Below are positions 43,701 through 53,500 of a DNA stretch of 64,000 nt, one piece after another. Source of the stretch: Fibrobacteria bacterium (GTDB lineage: Bacteria; Fibrobacterota; Fibrobacteria; UBA11236; JADFYW01); NCBI GenBank assembly GCA_050294405.1, contig JBNKOC010000012.1:448001-512000 (forward strand), in the 5' to 3' direction. Below the pieces are notes generated by a model. That model had not been told where the DNA came from and ran no database searches. It worked only from the letters and a program-made list of their open reading frames with translations. The translations under genes and the position numbers were made by a program. The first letter of the stretch is position 1. Every line of letters begins with the position of its first letter.

Positions 43701-44351
43701 GTCGGAATTGGCGGCGCTTATATGTGCATATATGGAATGGAAGGCCCTGGAGGCTATCAGTTATTTGGCCGAACTTGCCAGGTTTGGAATAGCTATTGCC
43801 AAACAGATAGTTTTAAAGATGGATTGCCCTGGTTGCTAAGGCTGTTTGATCAAATACGCTTCTATCCCGTAAGTGAAAATGAATTGCAGGAGTTTAGAAA
43901 AGATTTTTTATCAGGAAAAATTAATGTTCAAATTGAAAAGACTAAGCTCAATTTAGGGGAGTATAAACAATTTTTAAACAGAGAGCAGGAATCCATTCAG
44001 GAATTTCAAACTTCCCAGAGAAAAGCCTTTCAGGAGGAAAGGGAGCAATGGGAAAAGGCTGGGTTGATGAAGTTATCCGAAGAGATATCCGATACCCAGA
44101 TGTCTGAATTGGGAAGTGAATTGGGAGAAGGGCAAAAAGCGGTTTCATCAAATATGCCGGGAAATATTTGGAAAATCCTCGTTGAGGAGGGAAAACAAAT
44201 TGAGGAAAATGAAACTGTCATGATATTAGAAAGTATGAAAATGGAGTTTCCAATTAAGTCTGAATATAGCGGCGTAATAAAAAGGATATTTGCCGAAGAA
44301 GGCCAGATTATTGAAGCTGGACAGATGTTATGTGTACTTGAAGAAAAATAA
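40716..44351 (+). CDS. uca: Biotin-dependent urea/guanidine carboxylase (guanidine-preferring signature)
   Basis: BC domain (VLIANRGEIA, EVNTRLQVEH), CT domain HPSNIHDNAYAIGTMDFTGD, TTKYNPART, biotin site ESMKM. Confidence 0.93.
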   Translation: MDKLFSKVLIANRGEIACRIIKTLKKMGIKSAVVYSDADRNSLPTQLADEAIHIGNSPSHESYLDFNKIISVAKSISAEAIHPGYGFLSENVEFAKACEINEICFIGPTPSQLKDFGLKHVSKEIAKKANVPLIPGTGILTELSEAIESADFIGYPVMLKSSAGGGGIGMRLCHNNFELEESWEKVLHLSKTHFGSAEVFLEKYIEKGRHIEVQIFGDGNGKIITLGTRDCSVQRRNQKVIEEAPAPNLDVDIEKNIVASAQSLAEFVKYKSAGTVEFIYDITSSRHYFLEVNTRLQVEHGVTEEVYSVDLVEWMVRQAAGPNFLNSQKIPEPDGHAMEFRWYAENPLKNFMPCAGKITRLKIPEEIRCDSWVQEGQEVSTFYDPLLAKLISKGKNRQEAILRLKSALEKSELQGLYSNKEYVSSILSHPDFIEANVHTQWANTHHWKSNVIEVLEGGAQTTIQDFPGRLGYWEVGVPPSGPMDNLAFQLGNSLLKNNSDAAGLEITLKGPSLKLHSSCEFCLTGSQLNAFLEKADGTKLELQMYTSYHANSGDILNSGSVIGPGMRAYILFKNGLNVFPFLGSCSTFTLGQFGGLDGKILKPGDMLPIIPTKEHKTFVSESMPKNLQPEITNDWKIGCMIGPHSTSEFFLQEDIQKILEAKWKVHFNSNRTGIRLIGPKPTWARKDGGEAGLHPSNIHDNAYAIGTMDFTGDMPVLLGPDGPSLGGFVCPLTCIQSEVWKLGQLKPGDSVQFYLVGGAEANSQLKSQNAYITNFLNNLPSAISLYKPENTLPSPILKEYVNKDGLPITIRQAGDSYMLLEIGELHLDLEYRFRIQWIWNELKNRSIEGITDLTPGIRSLQIHYDSFLLPQEKIVAIISELETNTPPVEDMTVESRVVHLPLSWNDEAIHKIIDKYIKTVRSDAPWCPDNIEFIRRVNGMPDVESVKNAIFDASYLVMGLGDVYLGAPVATPLDPRHRFVTTKYNPARTWTLENVVGIGGAYMCIYGMEGPGGYQLFGRTCQVWNSYCQTDSFKDGLPWLLRLFDQIRFYPVSENELQEFRKDFLSGKINVQIEKTKLNLGEYKQFLNREQESIQEFQTSQRKAFQEEREQWEKAGLMKLSEEISDTQMSELGSELGEGQKAVSSNMPGNIWKILVEEGKQIEENETVMILESMKMEFPIKSEYSGVIKRIFAEEGQIIEAGQMLCVLEEK

Positions 44352-44362
44352 AGGAAACATGG

Positions 44363-46228
44363 ATGTATACCTATGATGATTTGACTCCTGTTCTTTCCTT
44401 AGCTGATTTAAAATCCTATTACCGTTTTAATGGGCGAATTGAGTACATATTAGACGGAATTCATAAGCGCTATAAAAAATTAGACGATCCCGCTATTTTT
44501 ATTAAGTTACTCAGCAAAGAAGAAACATTAAGGTTATTTAGCGAGTTCCATGGGCACAGGAGTAAAGAAGAACAAAAAAAGCTCCCCCTATACGGAGTTC
44601 CTTTTGCTGTTAAGGATAACATAGATGTAAAAGGCATTCCTACCACGGCAGCTTGCCCCTCTTTTTCTTATATTCCCCAAAAACACGCCGTATCCGTGGA
44701 AAAATTACTTAAGGCTGGTGCATTGTTGGTAGGTAAAACCAACATGGACCAATTTGCCACAGGTTTAGTTGGTGTTCGCTCTCCCTTTGGCATACCTAAA
44801 AATCCTTTCAACCCTGAATATATTCCTGGCGGGTCAAGTTCAGGTTCGGCTGTAGCCGTTTCTAATGCAATTTGCTGTTTTAGCCTTGGCACAGATACCG
44901 CAGGATCCGGCAGGGTTCCGGCAAGTTTTAATAATATAATAGGGCTAAAACCACCTATTAAAATGGTTTCCAATCAAGGCGTGGTTCCTGCAGTTGCCTC
45001 CCTGGACTGTGTTAGCGTCTTTGGATTATCTGTTTATGATGTATCTGAAGTTTTGAAAATCATTTCCGAACAAGATTTAGAAGACATTCTGGATCCTGAA
45101 TACCAAAAGGGTTTTCATGAAGATTTAGATTTTTTTAATAAAATCGAATTTATTAATCAGGGAGCTCAAAAATTTAGGTTAGGGGTTCCAGGGGATAAAT
45201 ACATTGAATCTTTGGAAGACCCGAAAAACAAAAAGAGCTACCAATTAGCCGTTAGGCGATTTGAAAGCCTGGGGTGGGAAATTGTTCCTCTGGACCTGAC
45301 ATTTTTAAATAACTGCGCCAAACAACTTTATGAAGGCCCCTGGGTTGCGGAGCGATATAGTGCGGTTGGCGAATTTATTGAATCTAAACCGGATGGTTTG
45401 GATGCCACCGTTGAAAAAATAATTAAAGCGGCAGGCAGTATTAGAGCCCATGAATTTTCAAAGGCTATACATCAAAATTTTGAGGATCTAAAATACATGG
45501 ATTCAGAGTGGAAAAAAATGGATGCCTTTATTTTGCCTACTACCCCTAGTATTTACAAAATTGAAGAAGTTAAAAAGAGACCTGTTGAGTTGAATAGTCA
45601 ATTGGGAACTTTCACAAATTTTGCAAACTTACTCCAAACCTCGGCCATATCCCTACCTGCGGGACACCAGAGGGATGATATGCCAACTAGTATTACTTTG
45701 TTTACCCGTAAGACCCGTTTGAACTGGATGTTGAAATGGGCCGATGATTTTTTTAAAAATGAAAAACTAATGTGTGGAAAGCAAAATCCGCTTAACTCCA
45801 CCAATAGCCCAAATGTTTCCTCTCCTAAAAATGGGACCGTGCATCTGGCGGTGGTAGGGGCTCATTTAAAGGGTCAGCCATTACATTGGCAAATTGAAAA
45901 ATGTAAAGGTAGATTTGTGGAAACGGCCCAAACGGAAAGCTCCTATGAGTTGTTTGAAATAACCAATTCCATTCCTCCCAAGCCTGCTCTTCGTTATGTG
46001 GGACGAAATCATGGTAAATCCTATTCCATAGAAATTTATTCTCTTCCTTATTTCGGTTTAGGCCAATTTATGGAATGGATTCCAGCTCCGTTGGGAATTG
46101 GGACTATTTTTCTGGAGTCCGGTGAATCGGTTAAAGGGTTTATTTGCGAACCGGTGGGTTTTGAGGATTCCAAGAATATTTCTAGGTACAAAGGATGGAA
46201 AGCTTATCTTCGGACAAAGAAAAGTTAA
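44363..46228 (+). CDS. atzF: Allophanate hydrolase
   Basis: AVKDNIDV, GGSSSGSA, DTAGSGRVPA, GTFTNFANLL, C-terminal domain LAVVGAHLKGQPL. Confidence 0.93.
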   Translation: MYTYDDLTPVLSLADLKSYYRFNGRIEYILDGIHKRYKKLDDPAIFIKLLSKEETLRLFSEFHGHRSKEEQKKLPLYGVPFAVKDNIDVKGIPTTAACPSFSYIPQKHAVSVEKLLKAGALLVGKTNMDQFATGLVGVRSPFGIPKNPFNPEYIPGGSSSGSAVAVSNAICCFSLGTDTAGSGRVPASFNNIIGLKPPIKMVSNQGVVPAVASLDCVSVFGLSVYDVSEVLKIISEQDLEDILDPEYQKGFHEDLDFFNKIEFINQGAQKFRLGVPGDKYIESLEDPKNKKSYQLAVRRFESLGWEIVPLDLTFLNNCAKQLYEGPWVAERYSAVGEFIESKPDGLDATVEKIIKAAGSIRAHEFSKAIHQNFEDLKYMDSEWKKMDAFILPTTPSIYKIEEVKKRPVELNSQLGTFTNFANLLQTSAISLPAGHQRDDMPTSITLFTRKTRLNWMLKWADDFFKNEKLMCGKQNPLNSTNSPNVSSPKNGTVHLAVVGAHLKGQPLHWQIEKCKGRFVETAQTESSYELFEITNSIPPKPALRYVGRNHGKSYSIEIYSLPYFGLGQFMEWIPAPLGIGTIFLESGESVKGFICEPVGFEDSKNISRYKGWKAYLRTKKS

Positions 46229-46252
46229 CCTCTCAATTGCTAGTGTAATTTG

Positions 46253-46340
46253 TGACAATTTCTTTCAAAATCTGACAGACAAATCGACATGCAGCTTATT
46301 TTTGGCAAAAAAATAGGATTGAAAATGGCTTAAATTTTGC
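46253..46340 (+). promoter_or_regulatory. Putative sigma-54 promoter with upstream boxes for the CP-ATP-grasp/Anbu operon
   Basis: TGGCTTAAATTTTGC (GG 46327-28, GC 46339-40); TTTTTGGCAAAAAA at 46299-312; TGACAA-N6-TCAA at 46253-68. Confidence 0.7.
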
Positions 46341-46354
46341 GCTGTTTTATAAAT

Positions 46355-47818
46355 ATGGATCCAGTTTTTGATACCTACGAAATCGGTCAATCCTATGACG
46401 AGTATTTCGAAGAAGATAAAAAAATTAAAAACCATTTATACCCCCTGGTAAATCGCCTTGCAAAGTTAGGGAAAACTGAAATCCTCCGACGCCAAACTGC
46501 AGCCGAATCCTTGTTGTTAAATCTTGGGGTAACCTTTAATGTTACTGGGGATAGCAGCGGACCTGAACGCATATTTCCTATGGATATTTTGCCCCGCCTG
46601 ATTGAATTAAATAAGTGGAAAAACATTGAAAAAGGTTTGCGGCAAAGAACTTATGCCTTAAACGAATTTATTCAGGATATTTATAATAATCAAAACATAC
46701 TAAAAGACAGGATTATCCCTCCCGAAGTTATCTATACATCTCCTGGATATAAAAACCAGTGCAGAGGTGTGACTCCTCCCGGCAAAACCTGGATTCATGT
46801 CGGGGGAATGGATATGGTTTCCGATGAAAAAGGCAATGTTTATGTGCTTGAGGATAATTTGCGTTGCCCTTCCGGAGTATCTTATGTATTGGAAAACCGG
46901 CAGGTGATGAAAAGGACTCTCCCGCAGGTTTTTGAAGAAATGAATCCTCTTCCGGTAGAAGATTACCCCATACAACTATTAGAAACATTAAGGAGTACAG
47001 CTCCAAATACTTCTACAGATCCATGCCTGGCTGTTTTAACTCCTGGAATTTACAACTCCGCCTACTTTGAGCATAGTTTTTTGGCGCAACAAATGGGAGT
47101 TGAGCTGGTAACCGGAGATGACCTGTTTGTTGAAAATAAATTTTTGTTTATGCGCACCACACGTGGGCCCAAGCGCATAGATGTATTGTACCGTCGCATA
47201 GACGATGATTTTTTAGATCCAAGAGTTTTTCGACCCGACTCAATGCTGGGAGTACCGGGGATAATGGAGTGTTTTACTTCAGGAAACCTCACTTTGGCAA
47301 ACGCTCCGGGAACTGGGATTGCCGATGACAAAGTGATTTATGCATACATACCTGAAATCATTAAATACTATTTGGGCGAAGATCAGATTTTACCGAATGT
47401 TCCCACTTATTTATGTCAAAACCCTTCGGATTACAAGTATGTATTGGAAAACATGGATAAACTGGTGATAAAATCAGCAAATGAATCTGGAGGATATGGA
47501 GTGCTTATTGGTCCCCATGCTTCTAAAGAAGAATTGGCGAAATGGAAGACCCGTGTTCAATCTGATCCAAGAAATTATCTGGCTCAGGTAAAACTGAATT
47601 TAAGTATGGCCCCGTGCATAATCGGGGAGAATTTTGAACCACGCCACATTGATTTGCGTCCCTTTATCTTATTTGGCAAAGAAATTTTTATTCTGCCTGG
47701 GGGGCTGACCCGTGTGGCCCTGCGAAAAGGCTCCTTAATTGTAAACTCTTCTCAAGGTGGTGGTAGTAAAGATACCTGGGTAGTGGAACATTTGCCCACG
47801 GAGGAAAACGATGCTTAG
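46355..47818 (+). CDS. Circularly permuted type 2 ATP-grasp protein
   Basis: LEDNLRCPSGVSY, TPGIYNSAYFEH, YRRIDDDFLDP, GGLTRVAL..VNSSQGGGSKDTW. The track's TTG start (46337) lies inside the promoter, so ATG 46355 is preferred. Confidence 0.9.
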   Translation: MDPVFDTYEIGQSYDEYFEEDKKIKNHLYPLVNRLAKLGKTEILRRQTAAESLLLNLGVTFNVTGDSSGPERIFPMDILPRLIELNKWKNIEKGLRQRTYALNEFIQDIYNNQNILKDRIIPPEVIYTSPGYKNQCRGVTPPGKTWIHVGGMDMVSDEKGNVYVLEDNLRCPSGVSYVLENRQVMKRTLPQVFEEMNPLPVEDYPIQLLETLRSTAPNTSTDPCLAVLTPGIYNSAYFEHSFLAQQMGVELVTGDDLFVENKFLFMRTTRGPKRIDVLYRRIDDDFLDPRVFRPDSMLGVPGIMECFTSGNLTLANAPGTGIADDKVIYAYIPEIIKYYLGEDQILPNVPTYLCQNPSDYKYVLENMDKLVIKSANESGGYGVLIGPHASKEELAKWKTRVQSDPRNYLAQVKLNLSMAPCIIGENFEPRHIDLRPFILFGKEIFILPGGLTRVALRKGSLIVNSSQGGGSKDTWVVEHLPTEENDA

Positions 47819-48818
47819 CCGCGTGGCGGATTCAATTTATTGGATGAGCAGATACATCGAAAGGGCTGAGAATGTGGCCCGCTTTATTGGAGTTAATTTG
47901 TCATTAAACATGGATACGCCTCTGGTTGTTAAAGAACAATGGGAGCCCTTGTTGCATGCAACTGGAGATTTGGAGTCTTTTATTGAAAAATTTAAGGATT
48001 ACGACTCTGAAGGCAGCAAGTTCCATCCAAATGAACATAAAACAAATGTTTTAAATTTTTTAACCTTCGATTTTCAAAATTCCAATAGCATTTATTCCTG
48101 TATAGCCAAGGCTCGCGAAAATGCCCGTTTGATAAGGGGATACATAAGCACAGAAATGTGGGAGCATATTAATAAGCTTTACCATTTTATAAATAACAAG
48201 CAAACCGAAATGAAAGCGCAATCCGACCCCATTAATTTTTTTATTGAATTGAGGATGTCTATATATACCCTAATAGGAATGACGGATGCTACCTTTTGCC
48301 GGGACGATGGCTGGAATTTCCAACAGCTTGGCACTTATTTGGAAAGAGCGGATAAAACGACGCGCATTTTAGATGTTAAATATTTTATTTTACTGCCCAA
48401 AGTAGGCCATGTTGGTAGTGTTATCGAAGATATTTTGTGGGCAGCTCTTTTGCAATCCGTAAGCGGATTTCAAACATTTAAGCAAAAATATCATAAATTG
48501 ACCCCCGATAGTGTTGTTGAATTTTTGTTATTGGATAGAGAATTTCCCCGTTCAGTCTTGTTCTGTTTAAAACAGGCCGAAAGCAGCTTGTTCAAAATTT
48601 CGGGTACAAGTCCGGGGTATTTTTCAAATTCTGCGGAGCAGAAATTGGCCAGGCTTAGAAATGAATTAGAATTTAGCAGCGTTGAAGAAATAATTATTCG
48701 AGGGCTGCATGAATACTTGGAAAGTCTCCAAAAACGCATATATGAAATCGGACAGGATATTTTTAGCTTTTTCTTCAAATATCCCCAAGAAGATTTTGCA
48801 TATGGCGCAAGCCAATAA
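47811..48818 (+). CDS. Alpha-E domain protein
   Basis: MLSRVADSIYWMSRYIERAEN, ARENAR, YLERADKTTRILDVKY, FPRS. Confidence 0.92.
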   Translation: MLSRVADSIYWMSRYIERAENVARFIGVNLSLNMDTPLVVKEQWEPLLHATGDLESFIEKFKDYDSEGSKFHPNEHKTNVLNFLTFDFQNSNSIYSCIAKARENARLIRGYISTEMWEHINKLYHFINNKQTEMKAQSDPINFFIELRMSIYTLIGMTDATFCRDDGWNFQQLGTYLERADKTTRILDVKYFILLPKVGHVGSVIEDILWAALLQSVSGFQTFKQKYHKLTPDSVVEFLLLDREFPRSVLFCLKQAESSLFKISGTSPGYFSNSAEQKLARLRNELEFSSVEEIIIRGLHEYLESLQKRIYEIGQDIFSFFFKYPQEDFAYGASQ

Positions 48819-48870
48819 TTTTTAGTAAATTTACTTGGGTTTATTTTCAAATTTAAGATTTGGAGGCATT

Positions 48871-49617
48871 ATTACTTTTTGTTTGGGAATTAAAGTAAAA
48901 GATGGTTTAGTTGCTTTATCTGATACAAGAATTACATCAGGGGCTGAATGTATTACAGCCCGGAAACTTACCATTTTTCAAGGAAAAAATTATTTCTTTT
49001 TTGTAATGACTTCGGGTTTACGCTCTTTAAGAGATAAATCATTAATTTATTTTGACGAGTATTTTAGTAAACATAAAAATAGCCATGATCAACTTTACAA
49101 AGTTGTGAATACGATGGCTTCTCAAATACGAAGAGTTTATAAAGAAGATGCAGAAGCTCTAAAGGAAGCAGGGCTGCAATTTAATATTCATATGATTATC
49201 GGCGGTCAGATGTCCAAAGATGCGGACCATCAATTGTTTTTTATCTACCCCCAGGGAAATTGGGTCGCCGTTGGAGTTGGGACTCCTTATCAAATAATTG
49301 GAGCAACTCCATATGGTAAGCCGGTATTAGACAGAACCCTAAAATATGAGGACAGCATTCCCTTTGCTTTAAAAGTGGGTTGCTTGGCATTTGATTCCAC
49401 CCGAATTTCTGCTGCAGATGTTGATTTTCCTTTAGATGTTGTTCTTTATGCGAAAAACTCCTACGAATGTGTGGAACATAGATACGAGAAGGACGATTTG
49501 AAAGAGGTATCAGAATGGTGGCAGGGGAAACTCAGAGAATCTGTAGATTCCTTTCCAGGAAGTTGGTTCAACGATATTTACAGGGAACTGCCAAAGCCTA
49601 AACGCATGAAAAAATAA
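48871..49617 (+). CDS. Proteasome-type Ntn protease (Anbu)
   Basis: TFCLGIKVKDGLVALSDTR, IIGGQ, IYPQGNW, QIIGATPYGKPVLDR. The Thr1 codon (48874) is preceded by ATT and a GGAGG; an alternative TTG start is at 48835. Confidence 0.85.
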   Translation: MTFCLGIKVKDGLVALSDTRITSGAECITARKLTIFQGKNYFFFVMTSGLRSLRDKSLIYFDEYFSKHKNSHDQLYKVVNTMASQIRRVYKEDAEALKEAGLQFNIHMIIGGQMSKDADHQLFFIYPQGNWVAVGVGTPYQIIGATPYGKPVLDRTLKYEDSIPFALKVGCLAFDSTRISAADVDFPLDVVLYAKNSYECVEHRYEKDDLKEVSEWWQGKLRESVDSFPGSWFNDIYRELPKPKRMKK

Positions 49618-49629
49618 GGATTATGTAAC

Positions 49630-50442
49630 ATGAAATATAAAATCAATCATGTTACAGAATATTATTATAATAATTTGGTCGTTTTAGGCCCCCATGTAAT
49701 CCGTCTTATTCCCAAATCCACGGCAATACAGCATTTAATAAATTGCGAAATAGAAGTTTTTCCAGAGCCTGCGGGGAAATCAGAAATTGTGGACTTTTTC
49801 GGGAACAGATGTTTGTCTGTTTGGTTTACCGGAAAAACTGAAAAATTAACCATTAGCGCAATATCCGAAGTTGAGGCGATAGCTTTTAACCCTTTTCAAT
49901 TTCTTTTAGATTCCAATTGGCTGAACCTTCCCTTGGGAAAACCTGTGATAAGATCAAATAATACCGGAATACTCCGGGAAATGGAAAAAGATTTTGGGGT
50001 GGAGTTTACCGGAAATACGGTTCATGTATTGCAGTTATTATGCAACATCATTTACCAAAAAATATCTCAAATTAAAAGGTTGGAAGGCGTTCCACATGAT
50101 CCAATGGTTACTTGGCATAAAAAGGAAGGGGCTTGCAGAGACTTAGCTGTATTATTCATGGAATGTTGCTCATGTCTGGGTATACCTTCCAGATTTGTCA
50201 GTGGATATTTACATCATCGAAGCGAAGAGGAACAGCACATGCATGCCTGGGTTGAAATATACCTGGAGGGAGCGGGCTGGAGGGCGATGGACCCCACAAA
50301 CGGCTTATTTGTTGAAAATGAACATATTTCAGTGGCATCAGCTCCCGAATCTGAATTAGCGAGCCCAATTACCGGCAGTTATGGCGGAAAAGCTAATTTG
50401 GAGAAGATGGATATTTCTATTGAAATGATAAAGACACGCTGA
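49630..50442 (+). CDS. Transglutaminase family protein (bacterial TGase N-domain plus catalytic core)
   Basis: MKYKINHVTEY, GACRDLA, RFVSGY, HAWVEIY, DPTN. Confidence 0.9.
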   Translation: MKYKINHVTEYYYNNLVVLGPHVIRLIPKSTAIQHLINCEIEVFPEPAGKSEIVDFFGNRCLSVWFTGKTEKLTISAISEVEAIAFNPFQFLLDSNWLNLPLGKPVIRSNNTGILREMEKDFGVEFTGNTVHVLQLLCNIIYQKISQIKRLEGVPHDPMVTWHKKEGACRDLAVLFMECCSCLGIPSRFVSGYLHHRSEEEQHMHAWVEIYLEGAGWRAMDPTNGLFVENEHISVASAPESELASPITGSYGGKANLEKMDISIEMIKTR

Positions 50443-50580
50443 TAATTCGATGTATAGGCTTTTGAGCCTGACAATACTGCTGTAGGGATGTATCTTTATA
50501 ATACCTGTTAAGGGTTTCCCCAGGCTCAACGGAATGCTTCCAGTTAAGAAAAAGCGGGAACTTTCAAAGGAGAATATGTT

Positions 50581-53500
50581 ATGACGCTAAAGGTTGTTAT
50601 ATCCCATAAAACATTTTATCAGTTTGACAGATTGGTGACCATTTCTCCCCATGTATTCAGGCTCAGGCCCGCACCACATTCCCGCACGCCGATATATGCC
50701 TATTCAATGAAGATTAAACCTGAAAAACAATTTTTTAATTGGCAACAAGATCCATTTGGAAATTACCAGGCCAGATTGGTTTTCCCTGAAAAATCCAGGG
50801 AGATGAGTATTGAGGTAGAAATCATCGCCGATTTAACAGCTATAAATCCCTTTGATTTCTTTGTTGAAGAATCTGCCAAGTACTTCCCTTTTAAATATGA
50901 CAGATTAACAAAAAGAGAATTAAACCCCTATTTGAAAACTTCCCGAAAAGGCAAACTTTTTTCTGAATGGCTAAATAGCATTGATAGGTCTAAGAAAATA
51001 ACTATAGATTTTTTAATTGATATTAATCAAAAAATTAATAACATGTTAAAGTACAATATTCGCATGCAGCCTGGAGTGCAAAGCTGTGAAGTTACGCTGA
51101 GAAAAAAATCTGGATCTTGTAGAGATTTTGCCTGGCTGCTTGTGCAAACACTGCGGCATTTGGGGTTTGGTGCCAGGTTTGTTTCCGGTTATTTAGTGCA
51201 GCTTAAAGCCGATGTTAAATCCTTAGATGGTCCATCCGGTCCGGAAGAAGATTTTACAGATTTACATGCTTGGGCAGAAGTTTATGTTCCGGGTGCTGGT
51301 TGGATAGGTTTAGATTCCACATCCGGACTACTTGCAGGAGAGGGGCATATTCCACTTGCATGCACTCCATCTTTTGAAGGAGCAGCTCCGGTTACCGGGA
51401 CAACTGATATTTGTAAAACAGTGTTTTCATATGAAAACACTGTTAAAAGAATCTTTGAATCGCCAAGAGTTACAAAACCTTACACAGATAATCAGTGGTT
51501 GAAAATCAACCAGTTAGGGGAAAAAGTCGAAAATGAACTCCAAAAAAATGATGTTAGATTAACCATGGGGGGAGAACCTACTTTTGTTTCTATTGATGAT
51601 ATGGAGTCCGCTCAATGGAATACGGAAGCTGATGGAGAAGAAAAAAGAAAACGGGCAATTGATTTATCGAAAAAATTATTGAAACGTTTTGGAAAAGGAG
51701 GGGTACTGCACCACCCGCAAGGCAAATGGTATCCAGGTGAAATATTACCGCGCTGGGAAATTGCCTTGTATTGGAGAAAAGACGGAAATCCAATTTGGAA
51801 AAATCCAAATTTATTAGGTACACCAAATTCAAATAATCAAAATATAAACATAAGCCTGGCAAAAAACTTTTTGCAAAAGTTATGCGATAAGCTATCTGTG
51901 GATCAAAAATATTTGATTCCCGGTTACGAAGATGCCTTTTATTTTTATTGGGAAAAAGAGAAATTACCTACAGATTTAGAACCAGAAAATATTGATTTAA
52001 AATCACCGCCAGTAATGCAAAAACTGACAGAACTACTAAACAAGGGCTTAAGCGAACCTGCCGGATTTGCGCTTCCATTACATTATGGGAAACAGGGCTG
52101 GGATTCTAGCGATTGGAAATTAAAAAGAAAACGCTTGGTTTTAATTCCAGGAAATTCCCCTATGGGTCTTAGGCTTCCCCTTGAATCTTTAATGTTAAAA
52201 CCTGAGCGGGAGCCGGGTCCGGTTATGCCTAAAGATAATTTCTCTTCATTAGGGAAGTTGCCGGAATCATCTCAGATAATAGAGCGAAGAAATAAAACTG
52301 AAAAATTTTCCACTTTTGATGCATCATCGGGAAATTTAATTCGAACAGCTCTTTGCATAGAACCTAGGGCAGGTTCTCTTTACGTTTTTTTGCCCCCTCT
52401 GGAAAGTTCAGAGGCTTTTTTGGATTTGGTTTGTTGTATTGAAGCCGTTTCCGCTCAGTTGAATGTGCAAATAATATTGGAAGGTTACTCCCCTCCCGAG
52501 GACCACCGAATTCAAAAGTTAAAGGTAACTCCAGATCCTGGGGTTATTGAAGTAAATATACATCCTTCGCAGAGCTGGAGTGAATTGTGTGAAAACACCT
52601 TTGCTTTATATAAAGAAGCTGAATTATCACGGCTGGGAACTCAAAAGTTTATGCTGGATGGAAAGCATACTGGGACTGGTGGGGGCAATCATGTGACCTT
52701 AGGCGGGGCCACTCCTTCTGATAGTCCTTTATTACGAAGGCCCGATTTACTTCGAAGTTTAATAACATATTGGCAACATCACCCCGGACTGTCTTATTTA
52801 TTTTCCGGCGCCTTTATTGGGCCAACTAGTCAGGCTCCAAGAGTGGACGAGGGAAGAGCTGAGAACTTGTATGAGTTGGAAATTGCCTTTAGCCAAATTC
52901 CATCTTCAAAAGAGGTGCCCTTTTGGCTCACGGATAGATTGTTTCGCCACTTACTAACGGACATTACTGGAAATACCCATAGGTCGGAATTTTGTATTGA
53001 TAAATTATACAGTCCTGACTCCAGCTCAGGAAGGTTGGGAATATTGGAACTAAGAGCCTTTGATATGCCCCCCCATGCCAGAATGAGCCTTACCCAAATG
53101 CTTTTGGTAAGAACCCTTGTTGTTTGGTTTTGGCAAAAGCCTTATAAGCATAAGCTCATTCGATGGGGAACGGAATTACACGACAGGTATTTGATGGAGC
53201 ACTATGTCAGAGAAGATATGAACGACATTGTGGAACAGCTGAATAGGGAAGGCTATCCTTTGGAATTGGACTGGTTTAACCCGTTTTTTGAATTTAGGTT
53301 CCCCCTATACGGCATTGTACATATAAATAGGGTAGAATTGGAGTTAAGGGCTGCAATTGAACCTTGGAATGTGCTGGGCGAAGAAATGACAGGCAGAGGA
53401 ACCTCAAGATATGTAGATTCATCTGTGGAAAGGTTGCAGGTAAAATTGAATAATTTCATAGAGGATAGGTATATACTAACTTGTAATGGAGTTCGGATTC

